DNA of 64,000 bases, from positions 141,282 to 205,281 of the forward strand of contig CAWFEM010000008.1 of the NCBI GenBank assembly GCA_963814905.1. The letters are read 5' to 3'. A program made the position numbers and the translations under genes. The stretch comes from an uncultured Alphaproteobacteria bacterium (GTDB lineage Bacteria; Pseudomonadota; Alphaproteobacteria; Rhizobiales; Afifellaceae). Every line of letters begins with the position of its first letter. The first letter of the stretch is position 1. This document shows, one piece after another, positions 29,555-38,087 of this stretch. A model generated the notes under the pieces. That model searched no databases. It was not told where the DNA came from and worked only from the letters and a program-made list of their open reading frames with translations.

Positions 29555-31071
29555 GCCTCCGGCTCTCCCAATTGCCGCGCCGCCAGCCGATGGGAGAGCG
29601 GCGTCAGCAGCTCCGTCGCCTCAAGATACTCGCTCAGCAGCTCACTATAGCGTGCATGGTCGGCAAGGTCTGGCTCTAAAGTTGTGGTCGGCTGCGTCAC
29701 CGCCTCCGCAGCCGCGAAGAGGTCGGGCACGAGACCGGCGCCTGTCGCCGCAGAACCGGCCGTGCCGATGATCGTGAGATTGGCGTCCACCGGAAGCTCG
29801 ATCGGGCGGCCGATAGCATCGACCGTCGCTCTCAGCCAGAGCGGATTGCGGGCGTAGCCGCCGGAGCTCACGATGCGGTGCGACTCGATCCCGAGCTCGT
29901 CCATGCGCTTCAGCACATTGGCCGATGCGAGCGCCACGCCCTCGACGGCCGAGCGGTAGAGCGCCGCGCGGTCGTGACCGAGCGAGAGGCCGAGCACCGC
30001 GCCGCGGAGCAGCGGATCGCGGTAGGGCGTGCGGTTCCCCATGAAATAATCGAGCGTCAAAAGCCCGGTGCTGCCGACCGGAAGCGCCTCTGCCGTCCGC
30101 CGCAGCTCCTCCGCGCCCGCCGGAGCGAGCTTGAACATCTCCTCGGCGAACCATGAGAGCACCGATCCCGCCGACACCTGGCCGGCCTCGACCAGCCAAT
30201 GGCCGTCGACGAGCGCGCGGGGGTAGGGGCCCCAGAAGCCGGCGACAGGCTGCTCGGCGGAGAGCTGGAACAGATGGACGACCGAGGTGCCGCCGATCAA
30301 CAGGAGCTCCCCCGGCGCGAGCGTGCCCGCGCCGATCATGCCCATATGCGCGTCGATGCCGCCCTGCGCGACGATCGGGTGATCGGCGAGGCCGAGATGC
30401 GCGGCCGCCTTCTCGCTGATCGGCGCGATCGGCGCGCCGACCGGGAGGATCTCGCTCGGGAGCTTCTCGGCAAGGTCGGGCACGCCGAATTCGGCGTAGA
30501 GCTCGTCATGGAAGATCGCGGCGGTCGAATCGTAGTTCCACTTGCAGGTCGCGTTCATGCGCGAGCCGACCCAGCGGCCGGTGAGCATGAAGTTCACGTA
30601 GTCGAGGCACTCGCAGATGATGTCGGCTTCGGCATAGGTCGCGGGCTCGTTCGCGGCGAGCCACATCGCCTTCGGCACCAGCCATTCGGCGGCGTCGCTG
30701 CCGCCCGAATAGGCGAGCACCTTGTGATTTGAGCGCGCCGTGCGGTCCGCTTCGGCCGCTGCGCGGCAGTCCATCCACAGAAGCGCCGGGCGGAGCGGCA
30801 TGCCGTCGCGCTTCGCGACGACGACGGTAGAGGCGGTGGTGGCGACGCAGATGCCGGCGATCGATGGCGTGCCGAGGTCGCGCATCAGGCCGCGCGTCGC
30901 CTCGCCGAGCGCGTTCCACCAGGCGACCGGCGACTGTTCGGCCCAGCCCGGCCGCGGATAGGTCGTGGCGTATCTGACCTCGTTTTCGCCGCGCATCGTG
31001 CGGGTCGCAAGGTCGAACACGCCGACCCGGATGCCGCCAGTGCCGAAGTCGAGACCGAGAAGCAGTGCCAT
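29551..31071 (-). CDS. FGGY-family carbohydrate (pentulose/polyol) kinase 1
   Basis: 506 aa. It has the N-terminal actin-fold phosphate-1 motif LGLDFGTGGIRVGVFD, then ..GWAEQSP..WW, and a C-terminal FGGY domain ..SSGGYARNPLW. Confidence 0.85.
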   Translation of the reverse strand: MALLLGLDFGTGGIRVGVFDLATRTMRGENEVRYATTYPRPGWAEQSPVAWWNALGEATRGLMRDLGTPSIAGICVATTASTVVVAKRDGMPLRPALLWMDCRAAAEADRTARSNHKVLAYSGGSDAAEWLVPKAMWLAANEPATYAEADIICECLDYVNFMLTGRWVGSRMNATCKWNYDSTAAIFHDELYAEFGVPDLAEKLPSEILPVGAPIAPISEKAAAHLGLADHPIVAQGGIDAHMGMIGAGTLAPGELLLIGGTSVVHLFQLSAEQPVAGFWGPYPRALVDGHWLVEAGQVSAGSVLSWFAEEMFKLAPAGAEELRRTAEALPVGSTGLLTLDYFMGNRTPYRDPLLRGAVLGLSLGHDRAALYRSAVEGVALASANVLKRMDELGIESHRIVSSGGYARNPLWLRATVDAIGRPIELPVDANLTIIGTAGSAATGAGLVPDLFAAAEAVTQPTTTLEPDLADHARYSELLSEYLEATELLTPLSHRLAARQLGEPEA

Positions 31072-31260
31072 GGCGCGGCGAAGCCTAAAGTCCGCCCGCC
31101 GGCATGGCGAGCCGCGGCGATTGGCGCGCGACCGTCATGCCGCGGCGCTCGCCGTCGCGGCGCTGGTGAAGGCGCCGTGCGCTCTGCCGGTCGCTGCGCG
31201 CCATCCCCCTGTCCTTGTCATCTCTTCTCCGTTCAAGTTTGCTTCGCTCGGCCCGCGGGC

Positions 31261-32022
31261 TCAGATGTTGCCGCCGACGACGTAGCCGCCGTCGACGGGG
31301 AGTGTCGTGGCGGTCACGAAGGCCGCCGCGGGCGAGGCGAGGAAGAGCGTCGTCCCCACGAGGTCGTCGACCGTGCCCCAACGCTTCAGCGCCGACCGCT
31401 CGGCGATCTTTTCGGCCGACACCGGGTCGGACCACAAAGCCTTGGTCATCGCCGTCTTGTGGTAGCCGGGCGCGATCGCGTTGACGCGGATGCCCTCGGG
31501 TCCGAATTTGTGCGCAAGCGCGCGCGTGAGCCCGAGAATGCCGGCCTTGCTGGCGCAATAGGCGGGTACCGTATCGTCGGCGAGGTAGCTCAGCATCGAC
31601 GCGGTATTGATGATGACGCCCTTGGAGCGGGCGAGAAGCGGCCGCGCCGCCATGGAAAGGCGCATGGTGCTGTTCATGTTGACGTCGATCACGTCGAGAT
31701 AGATCGCCTCCTCGTATTCGGCGTCGGCGCGGGCGATGCCGGCCGCGTTGATCAACACGTCGAGGCCGTCGAGGGCGCCGACGAAGGCGTCGATCGCCTT
31801 GCGGTCGCGCACGTCGAGGAGCTCGAAGCGGATGCCCTTGTTCGCCGCATCCGCACGCTGGGCGGCGAGCTTTTCGTTGGAGCTGCCGGTGGCGATGACC
31901 TCGGCTCCGAGGCGCGCGAAACCCTGCGCGATGGCAAGCCCGATGCCGCTCGAAGCCCCGGAGACGAGCACGCGTTTCTTGGCAAAGAGATCCGGCCGGA
32001 AGGTCGCGATAATCTCGTCCAT
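31261..32022 (-). CDS. Short-chain dehydrogenase/reductase (SDR)
   Basis: Trimmed to ATG 32022, giving 253 aa. It carries the cofactor loop VSGASSGIGLAIA, NAAG, and the catalytic YCASKAG (YxxxK). Confidence 0.9.
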   Translation of the reverse strand: MDEIIATFRPDLFAKKRVLVSGASSGIGLAIAQGFARLGAEVIATGSSNEKLAAQRADAANKGIRFELLDVRDRKAIDAFVGALDGLDVLINAAGIARADAEYEEAIYLDVIDVNMNSTMRLSMAARPLLARSKGVIINTASMLSYLADDTVPAYCASKAGILGLTRALAHKFGPEGIRVNAIAPGYHKTAMTKALWSDPVSAEKIAERSALKRWGTVDDLVGTTLFLASPAAAFVTATTLPVDGGYVVGGNI

Positions 32023-32056
32023 CAGGATTTCCCACCTTTGTTCGCCGGTCGCCGGC

Positions 32057-33559
32057 TCAATGCGTGAGCGCATCGAGGTCGTCATAGAGCGCCTGGCTGT
32101 GATGATAGATGCGGTCGAAAAGCGGCTGCATACGCGCGTAGCGCTCCACCCATTCCGGATCGGGGGCGATCTCGTCGGCGGTGCGGACGAAGGCGTCGAC
32201 CGCGTCCTCGACGCGCGCGAAGCGGCCAGTCGCGGTCGCCGCCATGGCCGCGCAGCCGACCACGCCGCACTCGGCTTCCTTCGGCACGACGATTGGGATG
32301 CCGTAGATGCTGGCCTTTATGCGCAGCCAGAGCTCCGTCTTCGCGCCGCCGCCTGAGGCGATCACCTTTTCGATCCGGCGACCGGCGGCACGCTCCATGA
32401 TCCTCAGGTGCCGCGCCGCGGCGAATGCGACGCCTTCGAGCACGGCGCGATGAAGATGCGAGAGGCCATGCGCCGCCCCGAGCCCGAAGAACTGGGCCCG
32501 GGCATTGCGGTGCGCGCCGAGCCGTTCGCCGGCGAGGTAGGGGATGAAGAAAAGTCCGTCCGCACCGGCAGGCGCCTCCGCCGCCTTGGCGACGATGTCG
32601 TCGTAGGAGAGCGCCTTCTCGTGGAAGGCGCGGCGCGCCCAGCGCATGGCATCGCCACCTGTCTCAAGCAGCACGAACGGGCCCCAATGGCCTTCGACCG
32701 TGGCAACGTTGCAGATTTCCGGATCGAGGAGCGGCGTCTCGGCGATCAGCGTCAGAATGCAGGAGGTGCCGGTCACGTCGGAGGCGAGGCCCAGGCGACA
32801 GGCGCCCGAGCCGAGCAGGGCTACCGGATAGTCGGCCCCCCCGACGAGGACGGGCGTTCCTTCCACGAGCCCGGTCTCCGCGGCCGCCACGGCGGTGACG
32901 GCGCCGAGAATCTCGAGCGGGTCGCGGATCGGCGGCAGCTTCGCCGCGTCGATGCTGAGCAGGTCGATCATCGCCGGCGACCAGGCGCGCTTCGCCGGGT
33001 TCATCAGGAAGCTGCAGGAGGCGTCGCCGGAATCCATCGCGACCTCGCCGGTGAGCCGCAGATTGATGAAATCCTTCGGCATGATCACGGCCGTTGCCGC
33101 GCGATAGGCCTCGGGGTCGTTGTCGCGCAGCCACGCGAGCTTGAAGCCCGGCCAGGCCGGCGTCGGCGGATTGCCGCTTTCCTTGAGGTAGGTGTCGGGC
33201 GCGTTGCCGCGCTCGAACGCGGCGACGATGTCGATCGTGCGCTTGTCGTTCCACAAGGGCACGAGCTCGCGGGTCGGCTCCCCGGCCGCGTCGACGAGCA
33301 CGGTTCCGTGCATCTGCCCGCAGGCGCACACGGCCGCGATCCTTTCACGCGCGCCCTCGACCGCGGCGAGCGTCGCGCGGATGGCGTGGACAACGCCGGC
33401 CCACCAATCCCGGGGCCGTTGCTCCGCCCAGCCGAAGGTCGGCACGATCTGGTCGTGCTCGCGGGCGGCGATATGGAGGATCGCGCCCGCCTGATCGACC
33501 AGCGCCGCGCGCACGCTCCCCGTGCCGACGTCGATCGCAAGGGTGAGGTCACGGGGCAA
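32057..33559 (-). CDS. FGGY-family carbohydrate kinase 2 (xylulokinase-like)
   Basis: 500 aa; LAIDVGTGSVRAALVD, FGWAEQRPRDWW, ...ASGGGAKTELW. The track start is TTG at 33559, 18 nt after the permease stop. Confidence 0.85.
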   Translation of the reverse strand: MPRDLTLAIDVGTGSVRAALVDQAGAILHIAAREHDQIVPTFGWAEQRPRDWWAGVVHAIRATLAAVEGARERIAAVCACGQMHGTVLVDAAGEPTRELVPLWNDKRTIDIVAAFERGNAPDTYLKESGNPPTPAWPGFKLAWLRDNDPEAYRAATAVIMPKDFINLRLTGEVAMDSGDASCSFLMNPAKRAWSPAMIDLLSIDAAKLPPIRDPLEILGAVTAVAAAETGLVEGTPVLVGGADYPVALLGSGACRLGLASDVTGTSCILTLIAETPLLDPEICNVATVEGHWGPFVLLETGGDAMRWARRAFHEKALSYDDIVAKAAEAPAGADGLFFIPYLAGERLGAHRNARAQFFGLGAAHGLSHLHRAVLEGVAFAAARHLRIMERAAGRRIEKVIASGGGAKTELWLRIKASIYGIPIVVPKEAECGVVGCAAMAATATGRFARVEDAVDAFVRTADEIAPDPEWVERYARMQPLFDRIYHHSQALYDDLDALTH

Positions 33560-33577
33560 GGCGACGCCGCTTTCGGA

Positions 33578-34570
33578 TCAGTGCTTCAGCGATCCGGTGC
33601 TGTACTGCAGCAGCAAGGCCACAAGGATGATCAGGCCCATATAGACCTGCTGGTGATAGCCGGGCACGCCGCCGAGATTCATGATGTTGGCGATGATGCC
33701 CATGACGAGCGCGCCGAGCAGCGTGTTGATGACGCTGCCGCGCCCGCCCATCAGGCTCGCCCCGCCGATGACCACGGCGGCGATGACGTTAAGCTCCGCG
33801 CCGACGCCAACCTGCGATGATCCGACCCCGGTCCGGCTCGCCGAGATGATGCCGGCGACCGCGGCGAGCGCGCCGGAGATGATGTAGACGGCGAGCACGT
33901 AGCGCGGGACCGCGATTCCGGAAAGGCGCACGGCCTCCTCGTTCGAGCCGATCGCCGTGATGATGCGCCCGAAGCGCGTGAAGTTCAGCACGATGCCGCC
34001 GACGATGAAGACCACGAACATCAGGATCACCGGCTGCGGAATGCCGAAGAGATAGCCCGCCCCGAAGTTCGACAGCGCGTCGCCCGGCGCGCCGCCGATC
34101 ATGATCGGGCGGCCCTCCGAGATGATGAGCGAGAGGCCGCGCGCAATCGCCATCATGGCGAGCGACATCACGAAGGAAGGAAGCCTGAGATAGGCGACGA
34201 AGCTGCCGGTCACGAGACCGCATGCGGCGCCGGAGAGAATGACGAGGATGACCGTCGTCACAATGCCGAAGCCCGAGCTGGCCACGAAATAGCCGGTCAG
34301 CACGCTCCCCAGGGCGACGATCGAGCCGACCGAGAGGTCGATCCCGCGCGTCAGGATCACGAACAGCATGCCGACCGCCATGATGCCGGAGCCGGCCGCC
34401 ACCTGGCGCAGCACGTTGAGGATGTTCAGCTTGGTCAGGAAGCTGTCGGACCAGAAGCTGGCGACGATCACCATCGCCACGAAGATGGCGAGCGTGCCGA
34501 ACCGCTGCAGCAACTCGCGGAAGTCGATCTTGTTGCGGGGTTCCGATCGCGGCTCGCTGATGACTGTCAT
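33578..34570 (-). CDS. CUT2-family sugar ABC transporter permease (RbsC-like)
   Basis: 330 aa polytopic protein. It has the family block ..LTRGIDLSVGSIVAL.. and the C-terminal ..GGASLMGGRGSV... The ATG overlaps the ATPase stop (ATGA). Confidence 0.9.
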   Translation of the reverse strand: MTVISEPRSEPRNKIDFRELLQRFGTLAIFVAMVIVASFWSDSFLTKLNILNVLRQVAAGSGIMAVGMLFVILTRGIDLSVGSIVALGSVLTGYFVASSGFGIVTTVILVILSGAACGLVTGSFVAYLRLPSFVMSLAMMAIARGLSLIISEGRPIMIGGAPGDALSNFGAGYLFGIPQPVILMFVVFIVGGIVLNFTRFGRIITAIGSNEEAVRLSGIAVPRYVLAVYIISGALAAVAGIISASRTGVGSSQVGVGAELNVIAAVVIGGASLMGGRGSVINTLLGALVMGIIANIMNLGGVPGYHQQVYMGLIILVALLLQYSTGSLKH

Positions 34571-36072
34571 GGTTGTGCCTGGCCCTCATTGGGACGTCCG
34601 ACCATGGCCAGCGCGAGAAGGTTCTCGTCGCTGTAGCGGTCGGGCGTCAATTCCCCCCGTAGCTCACCTTCGCCCATGACGAGGACGCGGTCGCAAAGCC
34701 CGAAAAGCTCCTGATGCTCCGACGAGATCATGAGCACGGCTTTCCCCGACTCCGCCATCCTGTTGATCAGGGCGTAAATCTCCGACTTGGCCCCGACATC
34801 GACGCCGCGCGTCGGCTCGTCAAGCAGGATGACGTCGCCGTCCGCGTGAAACCACTTGGCGAGCACCACTTTCTGCTGGTTGCCCCCGGAAAGGCTTGAG
34901 ACCGGCGCGTCGACGCTCGCCGCTTTCAGCCGGAGGCTTTCGCCGAGCTCGGTCACCGTGCGCCGCTCAAGCGCGCGCCGCAAGAAGCCGAACGCGTTCA
35001 CCACCGAGGAAAGACGCGCCATCGTGGCGTTGACGCGGACCGACTTGTCGAGGATGACACCATGCTGTTTGCGGTCCTCCGGAACGAGGCCGATCCCGGC
35101 ATTGACGGCGTCCTTCGGCGAGCGGAAGCGCACCGTCTTGCCCTTCAGCGTGATGGCGCCGCCGTTCAGGCGATCGGCGCCGAAGATCAGCCGCGCGACT
35201 TCGGTGCGGCCGGAGCCGACCAGGCCGCCAAGCCCGATGATCTCGCCGGCGCGGATGGAAAGGCTGATGTCGCGCAGCTTGTGCCCGTCGGTTGCGCCGT
35301 TGATCCGCAAGAGCTCCTCGCCGATCTCGCGGTGGCCGCGCTCGGGGAACATCGCCGAAAGCGGCCGCCCCACCATCATGCGGATGACCCCGTCGATCGT
35401 CGCGTCCTCGACCGCCAGCGTGTCGACCACCTGGCCGTCCTTCATCACGGTCACGCGGTCGGCGATCTCGAGAACTTCGTCGAGGCGATGGGAGATGTAG
35501 ACGATGCCGACGCCCTGCGACCGCAGGTCGGCGATGATCTGGTGCAGACGCTCGGCATCGCGGCCGGAAAGTACCGCCGTCGGCTCGTCGAACACGATGA
35601 TCCTGACCTCGTGCGACAGCGCCTTGGCGATCTCGACGACCTGCTGGTGCGCCACCGAGAGACTGCCGACGCGGCTCGTCGGATTGATCTCGAAGCCGAG
35701 CCGGCTGATCAGCGCGGTCGCCCGCTGCTTGAGCGCGCGCCAGGAGATCACCCCGGGAAGCTCGCCGAGAAAGAGATTCTCGGCCACCGAAAGATCGGGG
35801 GCGAGCGCCAGTTCCTGGTGGATGACCGTGACGCCAAGCGCGAGCGCGGCGCGCGGATCGCGCAGGCTGACCTTCTCGCCGCCGATCATGATCTCGCCGC
35901 TGCTCGGCTGTATCTCGCCGCCGAGAATGCGGATGAGGGTGGACTTTCCGGCGCCGTTCTCACCGACGAGCGCGTGCACCTCGCCGCTTTGCACGTCGAA
36001 GTCCACGCCCGTCAGGGCGTGGACTCCACCATAGGATTTGGTGATCGCCGTGAGCCGTGCGAGTTCCGTCAT
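34567..36072 (-). CDS. CUT2-family sugar ABC transporter ATP-binding protein (duplicated ATPase, RbsA-like)
   Basis: 501 aa. Walker A GENGAGKSTL, Walker B IIVFDEPTA, a second signature LSGGNQQKVVLAKW and a second Walker B ILLDEPTRGVDV are present. Confidence 0.93.
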   Translation of the reverse strand: MTELARLTAITKSYGGVHALTGVDFDVQSGEVHALVGENGAGKSTLIRILGGEIQPSSGEIMIGGEKVSLRDPRAALALGVTVIHQELALAPDLSVAENLFLGELPGVISWRALKQRATALISRLGFEINPTSRVGSLSVAHQQVVEIAKALSHEVRIIVFDEPTAVLSGRDAERLHQIIADLRSQGVGIVYISHRLDEVLEIADRVTVMKDGQVVDTLAVEDATIDGVIRMMVGRPLSAMFPERGHREIGEELLRINGATDGHKLRDISLSIRAGEIIGLGGLVGSGRTEVARLIFGADRLNGGAITLKGKTVRFRSPKDAVNAGIGLVPEDRKQHGVILDKSVRVNATMARLSSVVNAFGFLRRALERRTVTELGESLRLKAASVDAPVSSLSGGNQQKVVLAKWFHADGDVILLDEPTRGVDVGAKSEIYALINRMAESGKAVLMISSEHQELFGLCDRVLVMGEGELRGELTPDRYSDENLLALAMVGRPNEGQAQP

Positions 36073-36093
36073 GGCGCCTGGCCCGATTACGTT

Positions 36094-36126
36094 TGCGGGC
36101 GGCGGTGGGAGGTTCCGCCGCCCGCA
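36094..36126 (-). promoter_or_regulatory. Intercistronic 12-bp perfect stem-loop between the SBP and ATPase genes
   Basis: tgcgggcggcgg-N9-ccgccgcccgca lies 25 nt downstream of the SBP stop and is not followed by a U-tract. Structures like this are common in ABC operons, where they may stabilise the SBP transcript or partially terminate. Confidence 0.5.
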
Positions 36127-36150
36127 CGAGACAAATACGTGGTCGCAGTC

Positions 36151-37125
36151 TTAGAACACTGCATCCGGATTGTAGTATTTGTCGACGTTCTCCTTCGTAA
36201 TCGCCGCTGGCGTCGTGAGGTCGAGCTTCGGGAAGCCGGCCGGCAGCTCGCCCTTGAGCGCCTGCAGGCCGACGTCGACCGCGGTGCGGGCGACGAGCGC
36301 CGGATCGTTCAGGCCGGTTGCGCCGTACTTGCCATCCTGGATGAGCTTCAGCGCTTCCTTCTGGCCATCGGCGGCGGCGAGCACGAGCACGTCGTTCTCC
36401 TTGCCGATCGCCTGCAGCGCCTTGATCGCGCCGAGCACCATTGAATCGTTCTCGCCGAGAATCACGTTGGCGTCGGGATGCGCCTGCAGCAGGTCTTCAG
36501 CCGCCTTCAGCCCGCCTTCCTGCGCCCATGAGCCCCAGCCCTGGCCGAGGACCTCGAAGCCGGCATGGCCTTCGTTGACGAGCTGGCCTTCGATCAGGCC
36601 GCTGAACACGCCGAGACGGCGGTCGCGTCCGACCTCGTTGCCCTGGGAGCCGGAGAGCAGGATGATCTTGATCGGCTTGCCTTGCATCTGCTTGGCGAGC
36701 CACTGGCCGACCAGATAGCCGTTCTGGGAATTCGACGACCGCACTTGCGTGATGACATCCGCCTTCGTGTCGAGGCTGGAGTCCATGATGATGACCTTCA
36801 CCCCGGCCTTGGTCGCGGCGTCGGCGGTGGAGACGAGGCCCTCCGGATCGCGCGGATTGAGGATCAGGAGATTGATGCCCTGGGCGACCATGTCCTCGAC
36901 GTCGGAGATCTGCTTGTTCATGTCGTTCTGGCCGTCGGACGTGACCACCTCGCATCCGGCCTCCTTCGCCTGAGCTTCGGCGGCCTTCACCTGGGCGACG
37001 AAATAGGGTGCGCTCAAGGTGTACATCGCAATGCCGACCTTGCAGTCGGCCGCCTGCGCGGCGGCGCCTGCGGTGCCCACCAAGAAGGCCGCCCCAAGCA
37101 AACATGCAGGAAGAAATTTCCTCAT
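36151..37125 (-). CDS. CUT2-family periplasmic sugar-binding protein (RbsB-like)
   Basis: Trimmed to ATG 37125, preceded by GGAGGG. It has a signal peptide MRKFLPACLLGAAFLVGTAGAAAQA. The type I periplasmic binding fold blocks are KVGIAMYTLSAPYF and LILNPRDPEG. Confidence 0.9.
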   Translation of the reverse strand: MRKFLPACLLGAAFLVGTAGAAAQAADCKVGIAMYTLSAPYFVAQVKAAEAQAKEAGCEVVTSDGQNDMNKQISDVEDMVAQGINLLILNPRDPEGLVSTADAATKAGVKVIIMDSSLDTKADVITQVRSSNSQNGYLVGQWLAKQMQGKPIKIILLSGSQGNEVGRDRRLGVFSGLIEGQLVNEGHAGFEVLGQGWGSWAQEGGLKAAEDLLQAHPDANVILGENDSMVLGAIKALQAIGKENDVLVLAAADGQKEALKLIQDGKYGATGLNDPALVARTAVDVGLQALKGELPAGFPKLDLTTPAAITKENVDKYYNPDAVF

Positions 37126-37396
37126 CAGTTCCCTCCACGATTGATTTCGCTGGGCTGTTCTCAATGGGCCCAGTTATGTAGCATAGATACATGCGCTCGC
37201 TTCGGTCAAGCCGTCGCTGGTCTCACAAATTTCAATGAGAGAGACATTCGTGAGATCGCTAGCTTGGAACAATGCTCCACCGAGGAGACGTCATCCGCCT
37301 CGTCACCGCACTTGCCTTTCGGATATCTTCCGATTTATGTAGCAAAATTACAGAACTTGCGGCGCTGGTCGCAGTTCTGAGAGCGGGAGGAGCGGC

Positions 37397-38017
37397 ATGC
37401 GCGAACCCGGATTCTGCCGGGTCGATGTTGAGAAGGGCGAGCTTGCGGGCGCCACCGGTCGCTACGCGAAGACGCTGGGCGACCTGGACGGCATCTACGC
37501 CGACGAGGCGGCCTATCGAGCGCTTCTCGACGAGATGGCCGACACGGCCGTCTACGAGGTGAGCGACTACAGGCCCTCCAGCGATGCCGGGGACATGATC
37601 GTCGGCGTGACCCGCATGCTGCCCGGCAAGGTCGGTCGTGAGTTCTTCCTGACGCGCGGCCATATCCACGCCAACGCCAATCGGCCGGAGCTCTATTATG
37701 GCGAGAGCGGCCATGGGGTGATGCTGCTGGAATCGCCGGCCGGCGAGGTACGGACGGTGGAGATCGCGCCGCGCACGATGTGCTACGTGCCGCCTTTTTG
37801 GATCCACCGCTCGGTGAATGTGGGCAGCGACATTCTGGTGATGACCTTCGCTTATCCGGCGGATTCTGGGCAGGACTACGATATCATCGCCAAGGCGGGC
37901 GGGATGCGCAGCCGCATCGTCGACGACGGCAATGGCGGCTGGACGACCGTCGACAACGAGCGCTACTGCTTCCGGCCGCCCGAGCTTGTCGAAAGCATCC
38001 TCGCGCAGTCGCGCTGA
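37397..38017 (+). CDS. Cupin-type (archaeal-type) glucose-6-phosphate isomerase family protein
   Basis: 206 aa with GGGAGGAG upstream. Both published cPGI signatures are present: TRGHIHANANRPELYYG (TxGHxH...ExY) and VPPFWIHRSVNVG (PPxxxHRxxN). Confidence 0.75.
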   Translation: MREPGFCRVDVEKGELAGATGRYAKTLGDLDGIYADEAAYRALLDEMADTAVYEVSDYRPSSDAGDMIVGVTRMLPGKVGREFFLTRGHIHANANRPELYYGESGHGVMLLESPAGEVRTVEIAPRTMCYVPPFWIHRSVNVGSDILVMTFAYPADSGQDYDIIAKAGGMRSRIVDDGNGGWTTVDNERYCFRPPELVESILAQSR

Positions 38018-38087
38018 GAACGGCTCGCGCCATGACCAGCCTGGCTCGTTCGGCCGACGCGCGCGATGCAGCAAGGCACTTGCGCTC

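Noticed and set aside
31135-31221. A 28-codon minus-strand ORF (MTRTGGWRAATGRAHGAFTSAATASAAA) with a GGAG 5 nt upstream, in the 189-nt gap between the SDR gene and FGGY kinase 1.
   Set aside because: It is very short and Ala/Gly/Thr-rich, as expected from random high-GC sequence, with no motif. A leader peptide is conceivable but unsupported.
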